DNA of 64,000 nucleotides from NCBI GenBank assembly GCA_016765135.1, contig JAESQN010000044.1:1-64000 (forward strand), read 5' to 3'. Made by a program: the position numbers and the translations under genes. The notes beneath the pieces were generated by a model. The model ran no database searches, was not told the DNA's origin, and saw nothing but the letters and a program-made list of their open reading frames with translations. This DNA comes from Robiginitomaculum sp. (lineage in GTDB: Bacteria > Pseudomonadota > Alphaproteobacteria > Caulobacterales > Maricaulaceae). Within the stretch, counting starts at the first letter, position 1; each line of letters begins with the position of its first letter. This document shows positions 30,389-39,121 of this stretch, in pieces.

Positions 30389-30450
30389 AATTATTATTAT
30401 AATTAACCATTAAACTAATATATTAGTTTAATGGTTAATTATAATAATAA
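30389..30450. repeat. 62-bp perfect AT-rich palindrome
   Basis: attattattataattaaccattaaactaatat|atattagtttaatggttaattataataataat; every position is self-complementary. Confidence 0.9.
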
Positions 30451-30787
30451 TGGAGTGCTGTTGCATGCTATCCATACAATATGGCTTGCCAAACTACTTG
30501 CATAATGGGTACCTAAACATCCCATACCGCAACCCCTAAGTGTTGCGTAAATATCACAATGGGTGAAATAGTTGATTTTACCGCTTGCAAAGCCAAATTC
30601 GCCTCTATAGAGACGCGCTCCCGCAGTTCGGATTTCGAGCTTTTATGGTTGTGTGTTGGGTTTTCCAAAGTGCGCCGGTGCGGCCTCCCGGAATTGATCC
30701 GTCGGAATGGCCGTATACCAAAGCCTTATTGAAGACGCGGGTGTGGATATAGCCAAACGGTAAGGCAATAGTTTTAGGACTATGAAT

Positions 30788-30815
30788 GTTGGTTCGATTC
30801 CAACTATCTCGCAAC
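30788..30815 (+). other. tRNA 3'-end fragment (T-arm GTTGG-TTCGATT-CCAAC plus acceptor 3' strand), no CCA
   Basis: A perfect T-stem/loop followed by 7 nt and a discriminator, with no matching 5' half upstream. Confidence 0.4.
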
Positions 30816-30891
30816 TTTGATGTAGCTCATCAGGATAGAGCAATAGACTTTAATCTATGTGTAGCGGGTTCGATTCCCGCCTTCAAAACCA
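30816..30891 (+). pseudogene. tRNA-like element / probable tRNA pseudogene, 76 nt
   Basis: Acceptor stem TTTGATG/CTTCAAA is 6/7 paired and not G-started. D-arm GCTC-ATCAGGATA-GAGC; anticodon stem ATAGA/TCTAT with a 6-nt loop CTTTAA (one T short of Lys-UUU CTTTTAA). Perfect T-arm GCGGG-TTCGATT-CCCGC; encoded ACCA. Confidence 0.4.
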
Positions 30892-31271
30892 CGGCCTACA
30901 AAGCCACCCGCCAGTTAACTCTGGCTCCAAAAACGGCTTCCGGATACGGGGTCGGCGTACGGACAACGAGAGGGCTTCGGTCAGCTCGATGTCATAAACG
31001 CTATAGAATTGCGGCCGGGCTTTGGTATCCGGGCGTTTCGCGACCAATACCCAGGCGCGGGATGAGCGTTCGTTTAGGCGAACAGGATTTCTAAGCCCCG
31101 GTATTGAGTCCCGAACGTCGGGCCCAAGGCTCCACCAATATTTTGTCCTTGTATCCGGAGGCTAATTTAACCGCGCAAAACTCCCAATGGTGGGAGGCGC
31201 ACAACAAGAAAGGCAAATCAATCCGTACGGTCATAGGGGCCCTCGCGGAAACGACGAAGCAGGAGGAAATT

Positions 31272-32435
31272 ATGAGTGAAGTAAGAAACGGAATTTTGGC
31301 AACAACCATTACTGTTCGCGAGAACATGCGGGCGCTGGTCTTGAAGAACGGTAAGTTCGAAACGATTTTAACACCGGGCCGCCACAAGCTGTCTGCGTGG
31401 AATGCCATATATACTGTCACCGACTTTGATCTGGTTCAGCCCGTCTTTGTCAGCGATTATGCCAAGACGATTTTTAAAGAGCGTCCTGATATAGCCTCCG
31501 CGCATTTGACCGAAATCCGCACCAGTGCAGACGAGGTGGTGGCTTTGTACCGCGACGGTAAGTTCTACAGTATTCAGCGGCCTGATAGTCGTTCGGTTTT
31601 GTGGACGGACGCCGGGCCGTGGAAAGCTGAACGCTTTGACGTCACAGGTGATTTACAAGTCCCCAAGCAAGTCTTGCACCGGGCCAATGCCGTGCGTGCG
31701 ACCGAGCAGATCAAGCAATTTGTTGTCGAGAACGGCCAATTGGGTTTGCTGTTCGTTGACAACACGCTTGAGCGGCAGTTGAAGCCGGGGACATACGGGT
31801 TCTGGAACACGGGCCGGTCTGTCACCATGAAGCTGGTCGATATGCGTGAGCAAGCTTTGGATGTCACGGGTCAGGAAGTTTTGACCAAGGACAAAGTTAC
31901 GATCCGGATCAATGTCGCCGCGAAATACCGCGTCACGGATCCGGTGAAAGCCGTGTCCGAAGTCAAGGACTTTGCCGATCATTTATATCGGGCTTTGCAG
32001 TTCGCGTTTCGGAAGACTTTGGGCGTCAAAACTCTCGACGAGATTTTGGCCAACAAGGTCGTAGTCGATAGCGCCTCTGCGAAAACCGTGCGGGCGCAGA
32101 TGTCAGACATCGGTGTGAGCGTTGGTGAGATTGCGATCAAAGATGTGATTTTGCCCGGCGAGATGCGCGATATGCTGAACATGGTTGTGTTGGCTGAAAA
32201 GCAGGCCCAGGCCAATGTCGTCAGCAGACGCGAGGAAACCGCCGCGACCAGAGCCTTGCTCAACACGGCTAGATTGATGGACGAAAACCCGACAATGTTG
32301 CGCTTGAAAGAGTTGGACGCGCTGGAGACTATCGCTGAAAACGTAGATAATTTGACGATCCACAGCGGTACCCAGGGCCTTATGGAGGGCCTGGTTAATT
32401 TACGTAGCCCTGCGAAAGCGGGGAGGCGCAAATAG
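31272..32435 (+). CDS. SPFH/band-7 (stomatin/prohibitin-like) domain protein with ~170-aa N-terminal extension
   Basis: Band-7 core QEVLTKDKVTIRINVAAKYRVTDP…EILANK…IAIKDVILPGEMRDML and coiled-coil AEKQAQANVVSRREETAA. ATG at 31272 with AGGAGG; the upstream track start has no RBS. Confidence 0.7.
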   Translation: MSEVRNGILATTITVRENMRALVLKNGKFETILTPGRHKLSAWNAIYTVTDFDLVQPVFVSDYAKTIFKERPDIASAHLTEIRTSADEVVALYRDGKFYSIQRPDSRSVLWTDAGPWKAERFDVTGDLQVPKQVLHRANAVRATEQIKQFVVENGQLGLLFVDNTLERQLKPGTYGFWNTGRSVTMKLVDMREQALDVTGQEVLTKDKVTIRINVAAKYRVTDPVKAVSEVKDFADHLYRALQFAFRKTLGVKTLDEILANKVVVDSASAKTVRAQMSDIGVSVGEIAIKDVILPGEMRDMLNMVVLAEKQAQANVVSRREETAATRALLNTARLMDENPTMLRLKELDALETIAENVDNLTIHSGTQGLMEGLVNLRSPAKAGRRK

Positions 32436-32450
32436 TTTGTGACCAAAAAG

Positions 32451-32490
32451 ACGCCGGGGTTTGGCAAACAGACCCCGGCGTTATTGTTTG
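32451..32490 (+). terminator. rho-independent terminator
   Basis: GACGCCGGGGT-(11-nt loop)-GACCCCGGCGTT followed by ATTGTTTG, immediately after the SPFH stop. Confidence 0.6.
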
Positions 32491-32556
32491 CGAATTAACG
32501 CTTCCCTTTTGGCTTGGCCTTTCTATCATGGGCTAATGAATTAGGGAGCGAACAAC

Positions 32557-33867
32557 ATGACTATTGGTAAATATTTGAAAATTTTGGCTTTAGCTTTTAT
32601 GTTGGTGGTCGCGCAAGCTTGCGCCTCGGCACCCGAGACCACGCAGAAAAAACCGTCCACACGTATCAAAACGGAAATTCCGCCGCCCTTTCCGATCACC
32701 TCGCAGTCCTTGCGCACCGAGCGTATTGACAGACTGCTCAGTGACCTGGTGGCTGAGGGTAGTGTGCCGGGGCTGTCCGTTCTTATTTATGAAAACGGTA
32801 TCGAGACTTATTTTGGTGCCACCGGGTATTCAGATATAAAAAACAAAACGCTTTTGAAACGCTCCGATGTTGGGCGCTATTATTCCATGACCAAGCCTAT
32901 TGTCGGTGTCGCCATGATGATGCTGTATGAGGATGGCAAGTTTAAGCTTGATGACCCGGTGAGCAAATATTTGCCGGAGTATGCCAATATGATGGTGTAC
33001 GCTGGGGAAGATGAAGACGGCAGCATGAAGTTGGAGCCCGCCGAACGCCCCATGACTATCCGCGATCTTATGCGACATACTGCCGGGTTTACTTACGGGT
33101 TTATCCCGACCCCTATTGACCAGATGTATGCCAAAAACAAAATTTTGACCTTCGACCAAAATCTGGACGAATTTTCCAAAAAACTGGCGACCATGCCTTT
33201 ACTTTATCAACCGGGAACACAGTATAATTACAGCGTTTCCGTAGATGTGCAGGGACGGTTGATCGAATTGTTTTCCGGTCAAAAATTGGGGGATTATCTA
33301 GAGGCCAATATATTGGGGCCGCTCGGCATGACCCACACCGGATTTACGGTCAAAGCAAAAGATCGCGCTAAATTTGTTGCAACATATGGACGAGATGAAA
33401 CCGGATTGGCCCTCTTGCAAGACGGAAACCCGAAATTACCGTGGGGGCTTGATGTAGATCGCCCGTTTCTTGAGGATGTTACCTTCCAAAGCGGTGGCAG
33501 CGGATTGGTTTCCACCATTGATGATTATGCAAAATTCGCACTAATGTTACAAGCGGGTGGCGGCACTCTGATTACGCCTGCCTCATTGGCCTTGATGAAT
33601 ACAGACCATTTGGGCGACATGCCCAACGGGCACCTCGGAGAAGGTGTCGGCTTTGGACTAAACTTTGCCGTTAAAACCGCGCCGCAAGCCCAAGGCGATT
33701 ATTATGTCCCCGAAGGCACATTTTATTGGGGCGGTATGGCAGGCACGGCGTTTTTCATCGACGATAAAACCGATTTGACCTTCATTATGCACATGCAGAT
33801 GATCACCCGTGGGCAAGCCGGTATTCGCAGGCGTATGGCGGAAGCAATTTACGGGAAACCAAAATGA
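32557..33867 (+). CDS. serine hydrolase, beta-lactamase (class C)/esterase family, secreted
   Basis: Signal peptide; SxxK motif SMTKPIVGVAMMML; 436 aa. Confidence 0.75.
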   Translation: MTIGKYLKILALAFMLVVAQACASAPETTQKKPSTRIKTEIPPPFPITSQSLRTERIDRLLSDLVAEGSVPGLSVLIYENGIETYFGATGYSDIKNKTLLKRSDVGRYYSMTKPIVGVAMMMLYEDGKFKLDDPVSKYLPEYANMMVYAGEDEDGSMKLEPAERPMTIRDLMRHTAGFTYGFIPTPIDQMYAKNKILTFDQNLDEFSKKLATMPLLYQPGTQYNYSVSVDVQGRLIELFSGQKLGDYLEANILGPLGMTHTGFTVKAKDRAKFVATYGRDETGLALLQDGNPKLPWGLDVDRPFLEDVTFQSGGSGLVSTIDDYAKFALMLQAGGGTLITPASLALMNTDHLGDMPNGHLGEGVGFGLNFAVKTAPQAQGDYYVPEGTFYWGGMAGTAFFIDDKTDLTFIMHMQMITRGQAGIRRRMAEAIYGKPK

Positions 33868-34520
33868 ACAAACTGACACTACATATCGGCAATAAAAATT
33901 ATTCCTCCTGGTCTATGCGGCCCTGGCTCGCCCTACGCAAAAGCGAATTACCGTTCGCAGAAAACTTAATCCAGCTTGATGTGCCGGGTTTTAAAGACAG
34001 GCTTTTGGCGCTTACGGATGCAGGCACAGTTCCGGTCTTGCAAATCGGTGATGATTTCCTGCCGGACAGTTTGGCTATTAGCGATTGGCTTTCGCAAGCC
34101 GTGCCTAATCTGTGGCCTAAAGACAAAAAAGATCACGCCAGTGCGAAAGCCCTGTGCAAACAAATGCAGGACGATTTTGCCGAGTTTAGAAACCACGCCC
34201 CTATGAACCTCCGCCGCCGCACCCGCACCAAAATGCCGAAATCTTGCACGAAAGCCGCGACCAAGCTAGACGATATTCTCGCAGACCATCTCAGCCAGCA
34301 CGACGGCCCGTTCCTGTTCGGAGACTGGTCTATCGCGGATGCATTTGCCACCCCCTATGCCACCCGTTTTGTCAGCTACGACATCCCCCGCTCAACCAAA
34401 ACCGACACCTATATCAGCGAACTGATGAGCGACGAAGATTATCTCGACTGGGAAGCCGATGCTCTGATCGAAGTCTGGAAACTCCCGGACACGGATATGG
34501 TTTATGGTGGGCGGGGTTAG
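33864..34520 (+). CDS. glutathione S-transferase family protein
   Basis: GST N-terminal thioredoxin-like fold (LTLHIGNKNYSSWSMRPWLAL…TVPVLQ) plus helical C-domain; ATGA coupling. Confidence 0.7.
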   Translation: MNKLTLHIGNKNYSSWSMRPWLALRKSELPFAENLIQLDVPGFKDRLLALTDAGTVPVLQIGDDFLPDSLAISDWLSQAVPNLWPKDKKDHASAKALCKQMQDDFAEFRNHAPMNLRRRTRTKMPKSCTKAATKLDDILADHLSQHDGPFLFGDWSIADAFATPYATRFVSYDIPRSTKTDTYISELMSDEDYLDWEADALIEVWKLPDTDMVYGGRG

Positions 34521-35356
34521 TGCGCATTAAATCTTTGCATATATTTCCGGTAAAAAGTGCGCGGGCCATTGATCTGCACAAGGCCATAGTCAAGCCACGC
34601 GGTTTGGCCGGAGACAGGCGCTTTTTGTTGGTTGATGCGGACGGTAGCTTCATTACCCAAAGGCAAATTCCAAAACTGGCGCAGCTTTGCGTTAAGCTGA
34701 CCCCGGGCGGCATTGCACTGCGCTGGTCCGGACAGGATTGGGTAGATATCCCGTTTCCAATGAACAAAACCCGCAAACAAATCACGGTCTGGCACAGTAC
34801 GGTCGATGCAGTCATTGTTGAAGGCGACATAAATGCTGCACTTTCCAGATGGCTGTCACGGCCCGTCTCTCTGGTGTTTATGGACGACAAGGCAACGCGC
34901 CTCACCAACACCAAATGGTCAAGCCCAGCCAGTCAGGTCAGTTTCGCAGACGGCTATCCTGTCCTGATCACCAACACCGCATCCCTGACTGCGCTGAACG
35001 ATTACATCACCAACACCGGCGGCGTAGCGCTGACCATGGACAGGTTTCGCCCCAATGTTGTTGTCGAGAGTGATAGGCCGTGGGATGAAGACAATTGGAA
35101 ATCCGTGCGGATTGGAGACGTGGTGCTGGACTTGGTCAAGCCCTGTGCCCGCTGTGTTGTCACCAGTATCGACCAGACAACCGGCAAGAAAAACCCCAAC
35201 ACTGCCCTCACCGCCCTCAAACATTTGCATCCTAGCGCAGACCCCAAAAACCCCGGGGTTATTTTCGGCATGAATGCTATAGTAAGAACATTGGGAAATA
35301 TCCGCGTCGGGAACACGGTAAAAACCGGAGCCCTTAATGACATTACCAATTCTTGA
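34520..35356 (+). CDS. MOSC domain protein (YcbX-like, N-terminal beta-barrel plus MOSC)
   Basis: GTG start overlaps the GST stop (taGTG). VRIKSLHIFPVKSARAI N-terminus typical of MOSC_N; conserved Cys (KPCARC) near the C-terminus. Confidence 0.7.
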   Translation: MRIKSLHIFPVKSARAIDLHKAIVKPRGLAGDRRFLLVDADGSFITQRQIPKLAQLCVKLTPGGIALRWSGQDWVDIPFPMNKTRKQITVWHSTVDAVIVEGDINAALSRWLSRPVSLVFMDDKATRLTNTKWSSPASQVSFADGYPVLITNTASLTALNDYITNTGGVALTMDRFRPNVVVESDRPWDEDNWKSVRIGDVVLDLVKPCARCVVTSIDQTTGKKNPNTALTALKHLHPSADPKNPGVIFGMNAIVRTLGNIRVGNTVKTGALNDITNS

Positions 35357-36332
35357 CATTTCAAGCTTGCGGGCCAATCCTGATAGCGATGCAGCGCGCA
35401 AGATCGCCGTTCAGCTACGTGATATTTGCCATAATGCCGGGTTTTGCTATTTAGTTGGCCACGGCATGGCGGCGGGGCAATTGACGACGCAGATGCAGGC
35501 GTTTTTTAAGCTGTCTAGAGCGCAGCGGGAAGCTCTCAACATTGCCAGCTCAAAGCACTTTCGCGGCTATACGGTTTTGGGCGATGAGTTGACGGGCGGA
35601 GAACAAGACTGGCGTGACCAAATGGATTTTGGTGATGAAAATCCTGCGCCTAAACTCGGCCCTGATGACCCGAGCTGGCTGAATTTACGCGGCCCCAATC
35701 AATGGCCCGGCGGTCTGCCAAATTTGCGAACCGCCGTCACCGAATACATGGACGGCATGTATGAACTCGGTACTTTATTGACCAGCGCATTAGCGTTGGG
35801 GCTTGGCTTAAGGGCGGATTATTTCACCGAATATTTTGCTCCCAAGGGTGATGCGCGGTTGAAACTCATACGTTACCGCAGGCCCGTAACAGGTGGGAGC
35901 GGCCAAGGCGTTGGCTGGCACCACGACACCGGGTTTTTGACCTTTATCAAACAAGATGAAATCGGCGGGCTGCAAGTAGATATTGACGGAAAAATCATTG
36001 ACGCCACGCCCATTTCCAAAGCCGGGGAAGACGCACTGGTGATGAATATGGGCGAGATGCTGCAAGTGGCTACGGGCGGCTATTTGCGGGCCACCCCGCA
36101 CCGGGTCAAAAGCCCGCCGCCCGGCGTCGAGCGCCAATCAATCGCCTATTTCTTCAACCCGAAACTGGAAGCCAAATTCGAACCAATCCCCCTGCCGCCA
36201 GAATTAGCGCGCGAGGCAGTTGGTGCGCAAAACATAAACCCAAATGACCCGGTGTTTAACGTGGTCGGGGAGAATATCCTGAAAACAAGATTAAGAGCGC
36301 ACCCGGATGTTGCGGCGAAATTTTATTCATAA
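35337..36332 (+). CDS. 2-oxoglutarate/Fe(II)-dependent oxygenase (isopenicillin-N-synthase-like)
   Basis: HxD…H facial triad (HHDTGFLTF … TPHRV), DIOX_N-like N-terminus. Confidence 0.75.
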   Translation: MTLPILDISSLRANPDSDAARKIAVQLRDICHNAGFCYLVGHGMAAGQLTTQMQAFFKLSRAQREALNIASSKHFRGYTVLGDELTGGEQDWRDQMDFGDENPAPKLGPDDPSWLNLRGPNQWPGGLPNLRTAVTEYMDGMYELGTLLTSALALGLGLRADYFTEYFAPKGDARLKLIRYRRPVTGGSGQGVGWHHDTGFLTFIKQDEIGGLQVDIDGKIIDATPISKAGEDALVMNMGEMLQVATGGYLRATPHRVKSPPPGVERQSIAYFFNPKLEAKFEPIPLPPELAREAVGAQNINPNDPVFNVVGENILKTRLRAHPDVAAKFYS

Positions 36333-36342
36333 TCCGATCATA

Positions 36343-36460
36343 CTCAGCTTGACTGAGTATCCAGCGTATAAAGAGCGAGCAAAGCTCGCACATTAATTGA
36401 TTAAACTGGATTCCCGCTTTCGCGGGAATGAGCGGAGTTTGGAAGGGTATTTACCTTCAA
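36343..36460. terminator. cluster of hairpins between convergent genes (probable bidirectional terminators)
   Basis: ATACTCAG-cttga-CTGAGTAT (8 bp), GCGAGC-aaa-GCTCGC, TTCCCGC-tttc-GCGGGAA (7 bp), AAGGGT…ACCCTT. Confidence 0.4.
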
Positions 36461-36469
36461 ATAACACCC

Positions 36470-37567
36470 TTAAACATTAAACTTAAACAGCATAACATCC
36501 CCGTCCTGGACTATGTAAGTCTTGCCTTCTTGGCGGGTTTTTCCGGCTTCTTTGGCACCTTGTTCGCCGCCGTGCTCGATAAAATCATCGTAGGCGGTGG
36601 TTTCGGCGCGGATGAAACCGCGTTCGAAATCCGTGTGGATGACACCGGCGCATCTTGGGGCGCTCCAGCCTTCATGGAATGTCCAGGCGCGGGACTCGAC
36701 GGGGCCGACGGTGAAATAGGTTTGTAAGCCGAGCAATTTGTATCCGGTCTGGATTAAGCGGTTCAGGCCAGGTTCTTCAAGCCCTAGCGTGTCCAGATAT
36801 TCAGCTCGTTCTTCATTGTCCAAGAGTGCGATTTCGCTCTCGATTTGCGCGGAAATTACCACGGCTTGTGCGCCTTCTGCTTTGGCATGGGCGAATACGG
36901 TCTCGGAATAAGCATTGCCCGTGGCCGCGCTGTCTTCGTCCACATTAGCCACATACAGAACCGGTTTGGCGGTCAACAATTGCATCATGCGCCAGGCCTG
37001 GCGGTCTTCTTTATCAATCGTCGCGCCCCGGGCCGGGCGGCCTTCATTTAGCTCGGCCATGGCCAGTTCGATCATTTTCAGCGTCAATATGGCTTCCTTG
37101 TCGCCGTTCTTGGCTTTTTTCTGGAGGGCAGGCGCACGTTTATCCAGGCTCTCCATGTCGGCGAGCATCAACTCGGTTTGGACGGTTTCCATATCTGCCA
37201 GCGGGTCGATTTTTCCGTCCACATGGGTGACATCGTCATCATCAAAACAGCGTAACACATAGGCGATGGCGTCGGTTTCGCGGATATTGGACAAGAATTG
37301 ATTGCCCAGCCCTTCGCCCTTGGAAGCCCCGCGCACCAGGCCGGCAATATCGACAAAATTCATCCGCGCCGGGATTTGTTGTTTGGAGCTACCCAGCTTG
37401 GCTATTATTGGCAAGCGCGCTTCCGGCACCGCCACCTCGCCGACATTCGGCTCAATGGTGCAAAACGGATAGTTCTCCGCCTGGGCCGATGCGGTTTGCG
37501 TCAGGGCGTTGAACAGGGTGGACTTGCCAACATTAGGCAAGCCAACAATCGCACATTTAAATCCCAT
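36470..37567 (-). CDS. ychF: redox-regulated ribosome-binding ATPase YchF
   Basis: GLPNVGKSTLFNALT P-loop, TGS domain at the C-terminus, 365 aa. Confidence 0.9.
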   Translation of the reverse strand: MGFKCAIVGLPNVGKSTLFNALTQTASAQAENYPFCTIEPNVGEVAVPEARLPIIAKLGSSKQQIPARMNFVDIAGLVRGASKGEGLGNQFLSNIRETDAIAYVLRCFDDDDVTHVDGKIDPLADMETVQTELMLADMESLDKRAPALQKKAKNGDKEAILTLKMIELAMAELNEGRPARGATIDKEDRQAWRMMQLLTAKPVLYVANVDEDSAATGNAYSETVFAHAKAEGAQAVVISAQIESEIALLDNEERAEYLDTLGLEEPGLNRLIQTGYKLLGLQTYFTVGPVESRAWTFHEGWSAPRCAGVIHTDFERGFIRAETTAYDDFIEHGGEQGAKEAGKTRQEGKTYIVQDGDVMLFKFNV

Positions 37568-38163
37568 TATGAGTTCCTTTTGGATTTAGGTTTAGGCGTT
37601 GGGGCCAGACGAGTGACTTTGGTTTGGAATTTGTCGATCTCACCTGATACCAATAGATCCGCACTGCTTGCACAGGCGTCCAGTAAATTATCAACCCAGT
37701 CTTTGTCCGATTTGGCAAAATCAGACAATACGTGGGCGTGTACCTGTTCCTTGCGGCCCGGATGGCCAATGCCCATTCGGGCTCGCCAAAACTCCGCACC
37801 TATTTGGGCTTTTATGGAGCGCAAACCGTTATGCCCGGCAATACCGCCGCCAAGTTTCGTACGAAATTTGCCCGCTTCCAGATCAAGCTCGTCGTGAAAC
37901 ACGAAAATCTTGTCTTTGGGGATTTTATAGAACTGCGCCGCTGCCCCTACGGAACGACCGCTTTCATTCATAAATGTCATGGGTTTGAGGGTCAAAACCT
38001 TGGTACCGTCAATAAAACCCTCGCGTGTTTGACCGCTAAATTTGGATTTGGGCGCACCAAAGCCGTACTCATCCGCAATAGCATCAACCGCCATAAATCC
38101 AATATTATGGCGGTTGTTCGCGTATTTCGCGCCGGGATTACCCAGCCCAACTATGAGAAGCAT
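37567..38163 (-). CDS. pth: peptidyl-tRNA hydrolase
   Basis: LIVGLGNPGAKYANNRHNIGF N-terminus. ATG at 38163 with GGGGGAGG RBS; the longer track ORF has a K/A-rich N-extension with no RBS. Confidence 0.85.
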   Translation of the reverse strand: MLLIVGLGNPGAKYANNRHNIGFMAVDAIADEYGFGAPKSKFSGQTREGFIDGTKVLTLKPMTFMNESGRSVGAAAQFYKIPKDKIFVFHDELDLEAGKFRTKLGGGIAGHNGLRSIKAQIGAEFWRARMGIGHPGRKEQVHAHVLSDFAKSDKDWVDNLLDACASSADLLVSGEIDKFQTKVTRLAPTPKPKSKRNS

Positions 38164-38230
38164 AGGTGCCTCCCCCAATTTACGTACAGGTTTGCTTTTG
38201 CGCAACAAAAAAGAGAAAATAGACGTAAGC

Positions 38231-38893
38231 CTAACTCTCGTCTTCTGTTTCGCCTTCTTCGCCTTCGCCTTCAGCTGCTTCGCCTTCTGCGCCCTCGACA
38301 ACGTCCTCTTCCTCAACCTCTACCTCGACGCGGGCCGCTGCGATAGTCACAACGGTCGGATCGCGGTCGGTGATGGCAGGTTTAACGCCTTCGGGGAATT
38401 TGATCTCTGATTCGTGCAAGCTGTCACCGATTTCCAACTCCGATATATCAACATCAAGAGCATCGGGTATCGCACCCGCCGGACAATTCACTTCAATGGC
38501 ATGACGTACAACATTGATATTACCACCTTTAGCCAGGCCTGGACATTCTTCATCGCCAACAATATTGATCGAAACCTCAACCGTGATAATTGTATCGGAT
38601 TTCACCCGGTAAAAGTCGATATGTTGTGGCATAGCCTTAACGGGGTGAAATTGTACATCTTTGGTGATAGCGGATTGCTGCTCGCCTTTATGAGAAATAC
38701 GCACCATGGAGCCAATCAGCCCACCGGAGTTCAGGGCCTTAAGCACCTGGTTTTCTTTGAGGCTAATGGCAACTGCATCTTCACCGCCGCCGTATAGTAC
38801 GGCTGGCACAAGACCTGCTCTGCGGGACGCCCGTGCGCCGCCTCTACCTGTACGTTCGCGTACTTCTACTTCTAAAACTGTTTTCTTTGACAT
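38231..38893 (-). CDS. rplY: 50S ribosomal protein L25 / general stress protein Ctc, with acidic C-terminal tail
   Basis: L25 N-domain (LEVEVRERTGRGGARASRRAGLVPAVLYGGG) and beta-barrel C-domain; E-rich tail. Confidence 0.85.
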   Translation of the reverse strand: MSKKTVLEVEVRERTGRGGARASRRAGLVPAVLYGGGEDAVAISLKENQVLKALNSGGLIGSMVRISHKGEQQSAITKDVQFHPVKAMPQHIDFYRVKSDTIITVEVSINIVGDEECPGLAKGGNINVVRHAIEVNCPAGAIPDALDVDISELEIGDSLHESEIKFPEGVKPAITDRDPTVVTIAAARVEVEVEEEDVVEGAEGEAAEGEGEEGETEDES

Positions 38894-39121
38894 ATCCGTC
38901 GTCCTTGTTACGCACCTCATGAAAATCGCCGCCCCTTAACCGGTCCCGGCGGGCGACACACATCTTTTCAAGCTTTGCTTTGATTAAAGTGGGCGCTATA
39001 TAAGGGAAGCCGGGAACAAGCGCAAGTGGATTTACGCAGGAAAAATACCCATATATTTACTGCCTTACTTTTGCTACATTATGCTGTACAATCGAGCAAA
39101 ATCGGTAATATGGAGTTTCCT

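Noticed and set aside
30605-30843. Two minus-strand ORFs (69, 66 aa) in the long non-coding region
   Set aside because: No RBS or homology, embedded in tRNA-remnant DNA.
30600-31140. Possible two-piece (permuted) tmRNA gene, suggested by GCGGG-TTCGATT-CCCGC T-arms and GGCTCCACCA
   Set aside because: No GGAUUCGACGG-type 5' motif and no ANDN…AA tag reading frame were found on either strand. The T-arm containing GCGGG belongs to the tRNA-like pseudogene. Left as a generic ncRNA/att-site hypothesis to be tested with Rfam models.
31979-32467. 162-aa minus-strand ORF inside the SPFH gene
   Set aside because: Antisense shadow ORF; no RBS.
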